Assembly: GCF_963921235.1 (NCBI RefSeq)
Contig: NC_086097.1
Coordinates: forward strand, 167,712,001-167,776,000
Length of the DNA stretch: 64,000 bases
Source: Mobula hypostoma
Lineage: Eukaryota
Reading direction: 5' to 3'
The position numbers and the translations under genes were made by a program. Each line of letters begins with the position of its first letter. Within the stretch, counting starts at the first letter, position 1. This document shows positions 13,401-27,295 of this stretch, piece after piece. The notes beneath the pieces are model-generated. The model worked only from the letters and a program-made list of their open reading frames with translations, searched no databases and was not told the origin of the DNA.

Positions 13401-14266
13401 TCTGAATGGCCCAAATGGGTTAATTCTGCTCCCATATCTTATGGTCTTATGACAATAAACCTGATTCTGATGTGGTCATAAACAGTAAAGAATTATCAAG
13501 AACTACAGGTCACTCTTAATCAGTTTGCTAGGTGAGCCAAGGATTAACAAGTGACCTTCAGTTCAGAGGAACCTTGCATTTGCCAAACCAAACCAAGGTA
13601 GACATATGGAGTGAATGGTAGGACCTTGGAGCATGTTGTAAAACAGAGGAATGTACGAGTACAATGTCACAGGTCAACAGGGTGGTGAAGAAGGCATTAG
13701 GCATTTTGGCCATAATCAGTCAGGGCAATGAATGCGAGAGATGGGACATTATGTTGCAGTTGTAAAAGGCGTTGGTGTGGCTACACCTGGAGTATTGTGT
13801 AGAGTTTTGTTCACCCTGTTACAGGAAAGTTGGAAAGTGCAAGGAAGATTTACAAGAATGTTGCCAAGCCTCAAGAGCCTGAATTATAGGGAGAGGTTAT
13901 GCAGGCTAGGTCCTGGAATATAGGAGTGGCCTTAGAGGGGCATGTAAAATGATAAGGTGCAGAGACAGGCCAAATGCACACAGCCTTTTTCCCCAGGAAA
14001 AGGAACCAAAGACTAAAGGGGACAATTTTGAACTGGGAGAAGTAAGAGTGGACCTGAGAGGCACTTCTGTCAGAGGATGGTGTGTGTTGCCAGAGAAAGT
14101 AGTTAGGGTGGGTTAAATGTCAATATTTAAAAGACGTCAAACATTTTTGATAAGTATATGGACAGTACTGGAAAGGTTTAGAGGGTTATAGGCCAAACTG
14201 TGCCAAATGGGCATCATTTAGATGCACATCTTGTTTAGGTTAGGATAAAGGAGCCTGTTTCCATGC
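10488..14266 (+). mobile_element. Cluster of several decayed CR1 LINE copies
   Basis: Repeated CR1 ORF2 motifs (VPEDWKIVNVSPLFKK, SQHGFLKGKSCL, YLDFQK, PHLEYC) and CR1 3' UTR tails (TCTTATGGTCTTATG). Confidence 0.8.
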
Positions 14267-15149
14267 TGCAGTATGCCCAACCCCTCCCCGATTCCATCTG
14301 CAGTATGCCCCACCCCTCCCTGATTCCATCCGTAGTATGCCCCACCCCTCCCCGATTCCATCTGTAGTATGCCCCACCCCTCCCCGATTCCATCTGCAGT
14401 GTGCCCCACCCCTCCCCGATTCCATCCGCAGTATGCCCCACCCCTCCCCGATTCCATCTGCAGTATGCCCCCCTCCCTGATTCCACCTGCAGTATGCCCC
14501 CCTCCCCGATTCCATCTGCAGCATGCCCCACCCCTCCCCGATTCCATCCGCAGTGTGCCCCACCCCTCCCCGATTCCATCCGCAGTATGCCCTACCCCTC
14601 CCCGATTCCATCCGCAGTATGCCCCACCCCACCCTGATTCCATCCTCAGTATGCTCACCCTCCCCAATTCCATCTGCAGTATGCCCCACCCCTCCCCGAT
14701 TCCATCTGCAGTATGCCCCACCCCTCCCCGATTCCATCTGCAGTGTGCCCCACCCCTCCCCCATTCCATCCGCAGTATGCCCCACCCCTCCCCGATTCCA
14801 TCTGCAGTATGCCCCCCTCCCCGATGCCACCTGCAGTATGCCCCCTCCCCGATTCCATCTGCAGTGTGCCCCACCCCTCCCCGATTCCATCTGCAGTGTG
14901 CCCCACCCCTCCCCGATTCCATCCGCAGTATGCCTTACCCCTCCCCGATTCCATCCGCAGTATGCCCCACCCCACCCTGATTCCATCCTCAGTATGCTCA
15001 CCCTCCCCGATTCCATCCGCAGTATGCCCCACCCCTCCCCGATTCCATCCGCAGTATGCCCCACCCCTCCCCGATTCCATCTGCAGTATGCCCCACCCCA
15101 CCTCGATTCCATCTGCAGTATGCCCCACCCCTCCCCGATTCCATCTGCA
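14267..15149. repeat. 32-bp minisatellite, ~28 units (GCAGTATGCCCCACCCCTCCCCGATTCCATCT)
   Basis: Directly visible tandem units with period 32 (e.g. 14269 to 14301) and several shortened units. Confidence 0.95.
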
Positions 15150-15865
15150 TACTGTTGATCACAGCTCTTCCATTCACCTATCACTGACAGCCCCCGTCTC
15201 ATCACTCACCCCTACCACCTCCTTTACACCAGCTGTCTTTCCTCTCCACCCTTCATCCTGGCTCAGGATCTCGATGCTGTTGACTCACTGAGTTTCTCTC
15301 GCAGTTTGCTTTCAGATTTATACTCTGCAGAAATTGAGAATAGTGAGATCTCAGTGATATACTGTACTCTAAATTCTCAAGGATTGATGTTTCCACTGGG
15401 TGGGATGTACAGAAGCATTCTCAAGATGAGGATTACCTGATTGTTCATACCATTGAGTTAGAGATTACCCAGAGAGAATAACCTACCCTGATTCCTCGCA
15501 CGTTCCCATGCATCTAACTGTAGATTATTGCTTTTGCAATGTTTAAGGGGCGTTTAGACCAACACATGAATATTGGGGTAAAGACCTAGAACCTCTTCCT
15601 CATATACATTCCATAAGATGTCAGACATTCAAGATAAAGTTGAGAGGAAATTTCTTCACAAAAGGTTGACAAACGTTGGGAATTCTCCAATACAGAGTGT
15701 TGTGAGTGCATTCCCGGATTCGATAGACCTTCTGAGATTAAGGGAATCAAGAGATGTAAGGATACAGGGTTTCCATCAGTGTCCTATACTGAGGTAGAAA
15801 ATTAGTCTGGATATCATTGATTGGCAGTACAGGGACCAAATGATCTGCTCGTGGTAGTTCATATA

Positions 15866-17332
15866 TAGTGGATTCCAATTAAATGGGCACATCAGGACCT
15901 GAATATTTTGACCCAATTAAGTGGCTGCCCCAATTAGCCAAAGTTGCATGGATATACTTAAAAAGGTATTTAAAATTCAAATTCCTTGGTGTCCACACAT
16001 CCGAGGATCTCACCTGGTCCCTGACCTCCTCCATCCTGGTTAAAAAGGCGCAACAGCCCCTTTATTTCCTGCAGAGCATCAAGAAAGCTCACCTCTGTCC
16101 CAGAATACTGATGGACTTTTACCGCAGTACCATTGAGAGCATACTCACCAACTGCATCTCAGTGTGGTATGGCAATTGTCCCGTATTGGACCGCAAAGCA
16201 CTCCAGCGGGTGGTGAAAACTGCTCAGTGGATTATCGGCACCCAATTGCCCACCATTGAGAACATCTACCATAAACGCTGCCTGGGCAGGGTGAAAAGCA
16301 TTATCAAGGATGCAGCTCACCCAAACCATGGACTTTTTACTCTCCTCCCATCCGGTAGGCACTACAGGAGCCTCTGCTCCTGCACCAGCAGGCACAGGAA
16401 GAGCTTCTTCCCTGAGGCTGTGACCCCGCTGAAACTCACAACACAGCGCTAAGCAGTATTGCACCCATATTGTACTGTCTCAGTACTTTTATATTTGTGT
16501 GCTGTAGCACTGACTTTTTATTCGCAGTTATTTTGTAAATAACACTATTCTTTGCATTTCTGGTCAGATTGTATCTGTACTCAGCACAATGACAATAAAG
16601 TTGAATCTAATCTAAAAAATCAAACTAACGTTTAACTGAGTAACAAATTATGTATTTAATAAAATACATAACAAATTAGAACACTACCAATACTACTACA
16701 ATACGATAAAATTGTGTATTAGTTCCTAATAATTATTGACAGAGTAATTAATCCAGTGTGCGTAGTCGTGTTCTTTAGAATGACTGTGCATGAACAAAAT
16801 CAGTGCAGACACTTAGTGCAGGTAATGGACTGCCTTCATGCAAGGCTTTCAAGAATTGCATCCTCCAAACTGGCATTTTCATTGTAACATTCAAGATGAT
16901 TATTGATGCCTTCAAATTCTTCGTAGGTCCTAACTTGTTGAGGTAGTGAAATTGTTTCATTTTCAATCCTGGCCATTTCTGACATTTCCAACCCTGAATG
17001 CTTGAAATCGCAATAAGCAAAACAGTTCTGAATTGTCTTATCGTTTATTTCTGCCATCTATCAGTGACAAAAGTCACTGCTTTTTGAATATAAGCATATG
17101 CATCCGAAACTATTTTAAAAGTATGTATTGTCCAATGACCACACAGGTGCATGTGACCGACACTAGTTAGGATCTGTTCAGTAACAGTTTCCTGCCCCAA
17201 TTAAGTGGCATAGTCTCCAAAATGAATTAAGGGAAACCCAGCTGTTTTCTCTATTAGTTTTTGCTCTTTAAGAGATACCCAAATAGGTGTCAGCCCCGAT
17301 TAACTAATGAGCCAATTAACCAGAATCTGCTG
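15866..17332 (-). mobile_element. Tigger/pogo-like non-autonomous DNA transposon, interrupted by a LINE fragment
   Basis: TA-flanked imperfect TIRs (AGTGGATTCCAATTAAATGG versus CCAATTAACCAGAATCTGCTG) and a minus-strand pogo-like C-terminal remnant EINDKTIQNCF at 16836-17057. Confidence 0.65.
15975..16614 (+). mobile_element. 5'-truncated Rex1/Babar LINE inserted in the Tigger-like element
   Basis: FKFLGVH..VKKAQQPLYFL..FYRSTIESILTNCISVWYG..LLPSGR..SFFP, ending with AATAAAGTTGAATCTAATCTA. Confidence 0.8.
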
Positions 17333-19539
17333 TATTTTACACTATAGGCATGCTTCTTCTGCCTCATCTGCTCTCCCTCCCTTTTGTCTTCAAGCAAGCT
17401 CTGACTGTTGTTCCCCTGATAGGAATGAGTGTATTGTTATATGAACCAGCTACAGTTTTATCTGTCAGACTTCTGTCCAGTGCACCCCTGAATGGATGCA
17501 TTTTGAAGTGAATGAAGTTAGATACCTTTACTTTAAATTGATCCTTGTCCTTTTTGATAGTTAACCTAATCTGTGGTGATATTACAAACCCTGTTCCTTC
17601 GTTAACTCTCTGATGCAGGCTCCATTTGACCTACCTCACTCCCAGATCCGGCAGCGATTTCTGCATGAGGATGGGAAAGTACTGCCAACTTTTTCGCATA
17701 CACTTAAGAAATTCTTCCTGCTCTGAGCCATTTATAAAATGACATTAAGTAAACACACAGCAGAGGACTGCATGGGGAGAAAAGGACTCCCGAGATGAGG
17801 GACTTTAGTTCTGTGGATAGATTGGAAAAGCTCGGTTTGTTCTACAGGAGTTGTGTGAGAATCAGATGGTGCTTTTTAAAATTGTGAAGGATTTGGTTAG
17901 AATCAATAAAGAGTGGCAAGAGCCAGCAGCCATAGAACAAAAGGAACTGGTTAAAAAAAAGCAGAAAGTGGTTTAAGGTAAAACTTCTACACCTGAAGTG
18001 GAACAGATTTATTTGTAATGTTCAAAAGAGGTAGTTTAACATGTATCTGAAGGGCTGTGAAAATAAGTTGCATTATATGGATTACATCAAGGCAGCATGG
18101 CGTTGATGGACTGAATGGTGTTCTTAACATAAAAATTTGGATAAAGAGCTGAGAATGAGGGTACAGCCAGTCCCCGATTTATGTGCACAAGTACAGGGTG
18201 GTACCAGTAGAGTGAAAAACTTGCAGCATCATCACAGGCACACTGGTTCAAATAATTCACCGAACGTAAATTATACATAAATTATACAAGACAGTCAAAA
18301 AGAAAAAAACTGTACAAAATGAGGCATTTGTGCAATGAAAAACAACCTTAGTTAGTCAAGTCCAAGACAGGGCAAGTGGTGGACTGCAGTGTTCAGGTTT
18401 AATATTGCTGGCGTATGTCGTGAAATTTGTCGTTTTGCAGCAGCATAAACATTGCAATACATAATAATAAAAAAAGATAAATTACAGTAACTTTGTGTGA
18501 GTGTATGTGGTCCATGATGGAGCTGTCTGAGCTGACAACGTTCTGCAGGGTTTTCTGATCCTGTGCAGAGGCCCCCCCATACCAGGTGGTGATGAAACCA
18601 GTTAGAATGCTCTCCGTGGCACATTTGTAGAAATTTGCGAGAGTTCTGTTGCTGAGGTAGGGTTAGAGTTGTGCAGGTCAGTTAAGAACCTGATTGGAAT
18701 TGGAATTGGTTAAGTATTGTCACATGTACTGACATACAGTGAAAAACTTTATTTTTTATGCCATCCATACAGCTAATTTTATTACAACAGTGCATTGAGA
18801 TAATATAAGGGAAAACAATAACAGAGTGCAGAATAAAGTGTTACAGAACAAAGAAAGTGCAGTGCAGACAATAAAGTAGAAGGCCATAACAAGGTAGATA
18901 GTGAGGTCACGAGTCCATCTTATTGTACAGGAGACTGTTCAATAGTCTTATTACAGCAGGGTAGAAGTTATCCTTCAGATTGTGGTATGTGCTTTCAGAT
19001 TATTGTATCTTCTACCTGACGGAAGGGGAGAGAGGATCTCTCATCTGGAAGAGGTCTTCCATGATGTGCTGAGCTGCCCACAATTTTCAGCAGTTTCTTG
19101 TGATGTCAGGCAGAGCAATTACCATTAACCAAGCTGAGATGCATCCGAATAGAATGCTTCCGGTGGTACATCGATAAAGTGTCATAAGGGTCAGAATGGT
19201 CATGACAAAGTTCTTTAACCTCCTGAGGAAGTAGAAACATTGGTGAACTTTCTTGGACGTGGCATCGACATATTTGAACCATTGGTGATATTTACTCCTT
19301 GGAGCTTGAATCTTACAAGACCCTTGACCTCAGTACTGTTGATTTAATTAAAAACATGTGCAACATCCCCCTTCCTAAAGTCAGTGATGGTGGAAGAAAT
19401 GTATAAAACTTATGGAGACCCCTGGGTATAAATGAGGTACCATAATACTACTTAATTCATAGACATACACATACACACTCACACACATATCATACACATA
19501 AATTACATTAACCTTTTAGACTCTGAAATCAAAAACAAA

Positions 19540-20400
19540 GTTTCTAAATTTGCGGCTGATACCTAAATACAGATAGTCAATGCTGTGGAGGATGATGTCA
19601 TGCAAATTAATGTAAATAAGCTTGGAGAATGGGTAAAATAATGGGCAACACAAATAAATGTAAATGTACATTTTAGTATGAAGATTCTGGACATCACAGT
19701 ACTTAGAGCGTGCAAATCTAGGTGTGGTAGAGGAACAAAGTGATTTTGGAGTACACCAGGCACTAAATATTAAAGCATTGGTCAGGGATATTGTAAAGAC
19801 AGCAACCAGATAAAATGGATTGTTTCTATATGGACTGAACTGAGAAACAGCAGCCATACTCACCCTATGCCATATCTTGGTTAGGCCACACAGCAGACAG
19901 AGCACAGTCTTGGTAGCCAAGGTATAAAAAGGAAATAGAGGCTTAGGAGTGAGCGGCGATGATTTATAAAAGCAATACCAGAAATGTGAGGGTATACATT
20001 ACAGCAACAGGTGAGAAGACTTGATCAGTTCTCTCCCAGGAGGAGTCTGAGGAATGACTTCATAATGATCCTTAGATTTATGAAAGGTTTTAAGTAAGTT
20101 GATACAGAGAATTTCCTCGTGTGTAGAAGGGTATAACTAGAGGCCATCATTATTAGCCAATCACAAAGAAATCCAGTTGAGAATCTAGATGAAATTTCTT
20201 TATCTAAAGGGTGCTGAGAATGTGAAACTCAGTACCAAAGGAAGTAGTTGAGGCAAATAGGATATATGCATATAAAGATAGCTGACGGGATGAGGAAGAT
20301 GTGAACAAAGGATAGGCTGATAGACTTATTTGAAGAAGTTTGGGAGGAAGCTTGGGTGAGGCATGAACTGGGCTGGCCAAGTGGGCTGTTTCTGTGTTAA
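19540..20400 (+). mobile_element. Old CR1 LINE 3' fragment
   Basis: AAATTTGCGGCTGATAC (KFAAD), TTGGTTAGGCCACAC, and a CR1-like terminus GGGCTGTTTCTGTG. Confidence 0.6.
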
Positions 20401-23229
20401 ACCCATCCTATTAGAATAGTTGATTCACACATTTTCACAGCTTCATTGTTGTGCACCTTGAAGATTTTCTCTTGTTTGACCTTCCCATTTGTAGCTGGCC
20501 GAGATATTTGCTTTCTCATCTAACTTGGGGACACCAAAAATATACAATCACAAGCAGAATTCCTGTTGTAAATTATACATCAAAAATTAATGTAAATCCT
20601 ATTGTAAAATATGTTTTTATTATAACAGAATGTAACAGCAGTATTAATGTAATTATAATTCATATGCACTGATGAGCAATTTAAAGGTTAATTATGCATA
20701 CAGATACAGATTTATAAGATAAGAATTGTGAATAATGCGAAGTTCACAAGATTTGTGCATAGCCTGGAGCATTTCAGCTGTGAGGAAAGACTGGGCAGGT
20801 TGGCTGTGTTTTTGTTGAAGTGGACAAAGCTGAGGTAAAATATGATTGCAAAATGAAGTTTTTCACTGTACGTGTGACATGTGACAATAATAATGAGCTA
20901 ATTAATCATTGTGATGTACAGAATCATCAGGGATGTAGACAGAGCAGAGAGTGAGAACCGTCTCCCCTTAGCAGAGGTGCCTATAGCCACAGGGCATAAA
21001 TTTAAGATAAGGGTAGGATAATTTGAGGGGATGTGAGAAAAATTATTTTTCGTCCAGAGGCTGGTTGGAGTCTGCCCGGGGGTGGGGGGGGGGGGCGCAC
21101 AGGTAGAAGTAGAGTCCGTCATTACATTTAGGAAGCATTTGGACGATTGCTTGAAACACCAAGACAATAGAAGGCCATGGACAGAATGCAGGTAAATAGG
21201 ATCGGTGCGGAGGTGCACCATTTTTGTGACATTATGAAAAGGATACAGCTACTTGGATGTATGCATTGAATACATCCAGAGGAAATGGTTACCATGGAGG
21301 ATGCATTTATGCAATGACAAGAGACTGTTACCAGGGTGGATATGTTTAACACAGAAGCAGGAGGCAGTTTGATGGGGAAATTAGGTTTTGGGGGCAAAAA
21401 GCAGGCGCTGGTATCTGGGATGAGGCTATTTAATGTAATGGTATGTGTGGACAACAGATGTTCAGGACGTACAAATTGCAGAGGAGGGTGGAATGATCAG
21501 AAGAAGCAGCTTCACTTCCATGGGTGGGTGAATTTATTAAAGTACAGGACTCTAACAGCGTGATTGATGGGTTTGAGAGCAGTGAGGATGCTCCCAAATT
21601 GTGTGAGTTAACAAGCAGGGATCTCTTTCACTGACTGTTGCTCTTATCAGCAAAAATTGTCTGCAGGCATTCTTCATTTTCTGAATAGTATAGCTCTCTA
21701 ACTGAAGAGGTGTTTGCACTAGGTGTTATAATGTATATACATATACATATATTTCATACACATATGTGTACATTTAATATAGTAATTATATACTGAATAG
21801 ATGGCATGCAAAGCACATGTCCCTTGCGATTGAGAATGACTTGCAACCCCTTCAGTTGTGTGAGCTCTGAGGTGGCTGACGTGACCAGTATGAGAGCCCA
21901 AACTTTTCTACAGCTGCAGCGGGTGTCGTAACAATGTGGGTAGGTGTATAATGAGTGAGGCTGTGTGCTTACACAGTGTTTCCATTTGTCTCTGCTACAT
22001 GGACGTGAAGTTCCCAATTCATCCTGATGACTCCAGTCTGACCAGGCACAAATGAAGAGCCCTGGGAGTCAGTGGAGGACACTGCATTTCTTCAACCAGG
22101 TACAAGCTCAGCCTCGAGTCCTTTCCTCCTTCCACTCACTGATCGCTTTCCTGTGACCAAGACTCAGGCATAGCAAGTGAGGTGTCATCAGTATGACTTG
22201 TCCAACAGAGCTGAAAGCAGTATAAAAAGGACATAAATGCTGGAGATGTTGACCAGCAAGAGGACATGGATGTTGGCTTGCTGGTCCTTCTGTTGAATTT
22301 GGAGCATGTTGTGGGGACAAATTCCTTAAGGTTGTTATAGCCAGGGGCGGGGGGGGTGGTGGTAATGGCAACAAGATACCACTACCTATTAAATGCTCCC
22401 AATGTCATGCACCTCAAATAGCCTCTGACAACCAAGTCCAGCTCCCAGCCTTAACGTGTGGCTTAAGCCACTACTAAGCCTGGTGGAACCATTTCTACTG
22501 ACAGGAGAAGGGGCAAAGGTGGGTTACTGGCACCTAAAACCAGTTGCTTTAGGCAGATGGGGCTCGTCAGCCATGATTGGCAGCTCATTTAGGAGAAGAA
22601 AAACTCTGATCTCAAACATCCATAACCTTGCGGCTATATCCTCGCATGGAGAAGGCTCCACTTATGGAGCTAGAATCCCTATGGCAGCCCTACGTTGAGT
22701 TCAATGCTGACTCGCAAATCCTGTGATGCCACTGGTGCCAAACTGTATTGGTCTCTGCCATTGCTATGGACCCTGCATGGAGAGGCAGAGCCTGCTGCTT
22801 GGGCAACAGCTTGCCGTCCACATCATACTGGCCTGGCTTGCGTATCTCATAGACAGCTAGGATGCAATATCCATGGTCGATCCCTACCAATGAAGGGCCT
22901 CAATTGGAGACAACAATGGTTGTATCTTTCCACTTCGAGTTTCCTGCTATAGGTCTTGGAAGTATAAAAGGAAGGCAAAGACAATAACACCATAAGATAT
23001 AGGAGCAGAATTAAGTCATTTGGTCCATTGAGCCTGTACTGCAGTTCAGTCATAGCTGATTTCTTTTTCCATAATCCCATTTTCCTGCCTTTCCCCTGAA
23101 ACCCGTAACCCCACTTACCAACCAAAAACCTATCAATCTCTGCCTTAAATATGCCCAGTGACTTGGCATCTGTGGCAACAAATTTACAAGCCTCTGGCTG
23201 AAGAAATTCCTTCACATATCAGTCCCAGT

Positions 23230-24035
23230 CAATATTCCCTCTGATTTGTAATGACCGGTGTGCACAAAAATCTTGTGCTGTGCAATTTTTTGCCCAGTGA
23301 CAACAACAAGTGCACACTGAATTTTATAAATAGAGATATTTATTTTAACAGCTAGCAAAGCACTGTTAATAAGCACGTTGATCTCCTCAGGCTTTGATGG
23401 TTTTCTCTCTCATTCATCTGCACTCTCACAAAGCATACGTCACAGGCCTGTGCCAGGTAATGAAGGATTTTCTCTCCGGAAATTTTCCACACTGTCCATA
23501 TGGGATTTGCTTGCTAAATGATGCTTTAAAAAGTCAAGTTTCCAAACATCACTCCACTACTTCCCACCTGCAAATTCTCCAGCAACTTTTGCATCACATC
23601 AATACACGCAAGTAACACCAGTTCTTGTATTGTACGCAAGTATTTCTTGTCACTGCTCGTTCCTGACCTCATGAGCTTTCAATGTAGTATATTCTACTGC
23701 CTCATTAAGCCATTCTGCTTTAAATGAAATAGCAGTTCTTCTGTGCTTCACGCCCTTTGCTTCTTTGGAATTCGACATAGTGAATCAATAATTTCTTCAA
23801 TAAAAACAGTATAAATAAGTCAGTTCTAAAATCTGCAGACAAATCATTGTGAACTCCATGTTGTCAACACCATCCGCATCAGAAACCAGAAAAGGAAATG
23901 TGATTGTGTATGATAGTGAAATATACTTCACATGCCAATGAGGTACAGTGTGATAACATTTTGTGCGCAGTTTAAATTCCTTTGGGCACTAGTAGCAAAA
24001 GATGTGTGCACACGCATACCTCAGAGGGAACATTG
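23230..24035 (-). mobile_element. hAT-type non-autonomous DNA transposon with a decayed transposase N-terminus, nested in a CR1 fragment
   Basis: TIRs CAATATTCCCTCTGA / TCAGAGGGAACATTG. Minus-strand remnant from 23778: MSNSKEAKGVKHRRTAISFKAEW..WKLDFLKHHLASKSH. Possible degenerate 8-bp TSD (GTCCCAGT/GCTCCAAT). Confidence 0.6.
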
Positions 24036-24829
24036 GCTCCAATGGGACATCCCTTTATTCTGAGACTGTGACATTGGAGCTTTGACTCTCCTACTAATAG
24101 AAGCAGTCTCTCCACATCCACACTATGCAGCCTTCAGTAAGTTTCAGTGAGATCCTTCTGAACTCCATGGAATCTAGGTCCAGAACCATGCAACATTCCT
24201 CAAATATCAACCCTTTCCTTCCTTGAATCATTCTTGTGAATCTCTTCTGGACTCTTTCCAGGACAAGCACATTTTTCCTTTGATATGGGGTCCAAAATTG
24301 CTCATAATATATAGAAGTGATCAGTGCTTCCCCGTAGCCCACGAGCTTAGGACTAGGTCTGAGGTTTTTATCTAACACCACTCTTTCCCTTAATTGACCA
24401 AAAGCTGTGTTTGTGCATTGGTGGCCGAAGTGGATATATAAAGTGGGTTTATTGTCACATGCACTTGCTTGCAGCAGGATCACAGGCACATAGGTACATA
24501 ACATACATGAAATAGACAGTATATTCATCATAAATGACACATAAAATTATAATAAACAATGGAAAAATACCGTGCAAATTCAAGACCTTGGAGCAAAAAA
24601 CAAAAAAGACACTTTTGTAGACAAGTCCATAGTGGTGATGTTCCATTGATGAGATGGGGTTGTGTTGGTTGGTTCAAAAATCTGATCTGATGTACACACG
24701 CCCGCGCATATTTAAAGATACACCCAAGCAAACTGGTATTGGTTCGTTATTGTCACGTATACCAAGATACAGTGAAAATCTTGTCTGTGTACTGTTTGTA
24801 CAGATAGTCATTAGTTCAATTCTATTACA

Positions 24830-25075
24830 ACTCAGGGTGTCACAATTCACAGTTCAATTCCAACGCTGTGTGTAAGAAGTTTGTATGTCCATCCTGCAAG
24901 CATGTGTATTTCCTCCAGGTCCTCTGGTTTCTTCCTACAGTGTAAAAATGTACTGGTTAGTAGGTCATTGTAAATTGTCTCGTGATTAGGCTCGAGTTAA
25001 GTAGGTGGATTGCTGGGTGGTGTATTTCATTAGGCTGGAAGGGACTGTTCCGTGCTTTATCTCTAAATAAGTTAA
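24830..25075 (+). mobile_element. V-SINE-like element (similar reversed copies near 34335-34625, 40170-40500, 42890-43220)
   Basis: B-box-like GTTCAATTCC followed by the V-domain-like TTTCCTCCAGGTCCTCTGGTTTCTTCCTACA. Confidence 0.5.
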
Positions 25076-26544
25076 ATCAAATCAAATCATTACACAGTGC
25101 ATTGAGCTGGAATAAGGTAAAACAATAAAAACACTGAATTAAGTGTAAAAACTACTGAGAATTGCAGTGCAGGTAAACAATAAAGTGTAAGATCATAACG
25201 AGGTCATTGTGAGGCGAGGACTCCATCTTATTGTACCAGAGGTCCATTCAAGAGCCTGATAACAGTGGGATAGAAGCTGCCCTTAAGCCTGGTGGTACGT
25301 GTTTTAATGCTTTTGTATCTTCTGTCCAGTGGGAGAGAGGAGAAGAGAGAATGTTCAGGATGGGTGGACCTTTGATTATGCAGGTTGCTTTATTGAAGTA
25401 ATGAGAATTATAGACAGCGTCCATAGAGGGGAGATTGGTTCCTGTGATGTGTTGAAGCTTATTGTCATTCAGCCATATGCATGGACACCGCCAAACAAAG
25501 CAATGTTCCTCTGGACCAAGGTGCACAATTCAATACATATTACACAAATCTTAAAATAATATTACCACAAATAAATTAACAAAATATAAAGTATATTCCA
25601 AAAGATTGACATTTAGCCTAAGGTACATTTACAACACAAGTAAAAAGTAAGCAGTCTAATCCTACTTCACTTCATACATGATGAGACCTGGATGGAGGCA
25701 GGGAGTTCAGTAGACTCAAGGCCTGAGAAAGGAGGCTATCTGTGATCCCAACTGTCCTTAATGCTGTGGTACTTCTTGCCTGATGGTAGGATGTTAAGTA
25801 GATTGTTGAACAGTTTGGAGGGATACTTGACAGCACTCCTGATAAAAATCACAGATGGGTGAGCTGTGTCTACAGCTCTGCAGTTTTTTGTCAGGTGTAG
25901 AGCAGTTGCCATACCAAGCCACTAAACATCAAGACAGAATACTTTGTGTTGTATTGATAAAAATTGGTTAGAGTTGGCGGGGTGGGGGGGGGGGGGCATG
26001 CCGAACTTCTTTAGAGTCCGGAGGAAGTTAGTGAGTTTTCTAGACAATGACTTCAGTGTTTTGGATCACAGCAGGTTATTGGTGATGTTCACACCTACAT
26101 GGTGAAGTTCTCAGCCCTCACAGCCACAATGCCATTGATGTAGATAGGAGTGTGTGTACTACCCCAATTTCTGAAGTCGACCAGGAGCTCTTTTGTTTTG
26201 TTGTCATAGAGGGAAAGCTTTTTCTCATGACACCACGTCTCTAAGTTCTCTATACCTTCCTATGTCCAGACTCATCATCACCCGCCTAGACTGAGTCAAG
26301 CAGAGCAAAACACGTTTTATGTACTAATGTATGTATAGGAAAGTTTAAAGAGAGAGATGGGTCTAACGTAAGCAAATGGGACTTGCAGAAATGGGCATTT
26401 TGATCAAGTTGGGCTGAAGGGATTGTTTTCATACTGTAGGTCTCTATGATTTATAAGCGTACATCTATATACATGCAGGTATGTATCGTGCAAAACTGCA
26501 TTTTATATACCATATGAAGACACAGCTTTCCCATTAATTTAGTT

Positions 26545-26815
26545 TGGGCAAGTCAGCGGGTGCGGGTCGGAGGAGGCGTGCTGAGTAGTATCGGACAGTA
26601 GAACAGTTTTCGATTTTAAATATCTATGCGTTTTTAAATCTGCCTTCTGTGTTTATTTTTGTCTGGGTGCCAACTTGTAGGACCCTCTATCGACCCGCAC
26701 TTCCCCGTCTGCGATAGCGGGAGTGCGCCCGCGCAGGCGGAGCCTGTGTCCTCGCTCCCGGCTCGGCTCCCTTGCAGTGTACGTGCACATGCGCGCGCGC
26801 TCACGCTCGGGTATA
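26545..26815 (+). promoter_or_regulatory. CpG-rich putative gnal promoter
   Basis: Sharp rise in CpG in non-repeat DNA 0.5-0.75 kb upstream of the ATG, with GC-rich motifs and an NRF1-like TGCACATGCGCGCG at ~26784-26797. Confidence 0.6.
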
Positions 26816-27050
26816 TTTATAGATTGTCTTAAAAAAATCTACTTGCACATTATCTATAGCGACTTCTGGTTGGATTGTTTTGTTAATTTATCGGTGCCTT
26901 CTTTCCCGTTGCATTATTATTCGGCTTTAGGTTGGGTAATTGTAAGCTTTTGTTTAAATGGTTATTTAATCCAATTTTTGAAAAAAAACATATCAAAGGG
27001 GAGGCGTTTGTGACGGGTAACTTGTTCTCTCTCCCCTTCCTGCCATTGCA

Positions 27051-27097
27051 CAGAGAGAGGGAGGGAGGGAGGGAGGGAGGAGGAGGGGGTGGGGGGA

Positions 27098-27128
<31 letters not shown>

Positions 27129-27140
27129 GACAGAGACAGC
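27051..27140 (+). repeat. Polypurine (GGGA)n/(GA)n tract in the gnal promoter or 5' UTR
   Basis: GGGAGGGAGGGAGGGAGGG..GGGGGTGGGGGG followed by (GA)n and GACA repeats. Confidence 0.85.
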
Positions 27141-27295
27141 AAACCCAGAGAGGGCGCGCTCCCTGCTTGTGCATCAGTGGGAATTTTGTATCTAAACCCA
27201 TCTACAGAGGAGAGGAAGACAGATAGAGGGGTGGGTAGAGAGCGGGGAGGGGGGTACAAGAGAGGGAGAGGAGCCCGAGGAGGACAGAACTAGCC

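Noticed and set aside
14218..15291. Long overlapping ORFs up to 321 aa and a superficially CRISPR-like array
   Set aside because: These come from a 32-bp minisatellite. There are no unique spacers, no cas genes, and the context is eukaryotic.
22345..22885. Possible HDV-like ribozyme in an RTE-type 5' UTR-like sequence
   Set aside because: I could not build the nested double pseudoknot by eye, and the element's identity is uncertain.
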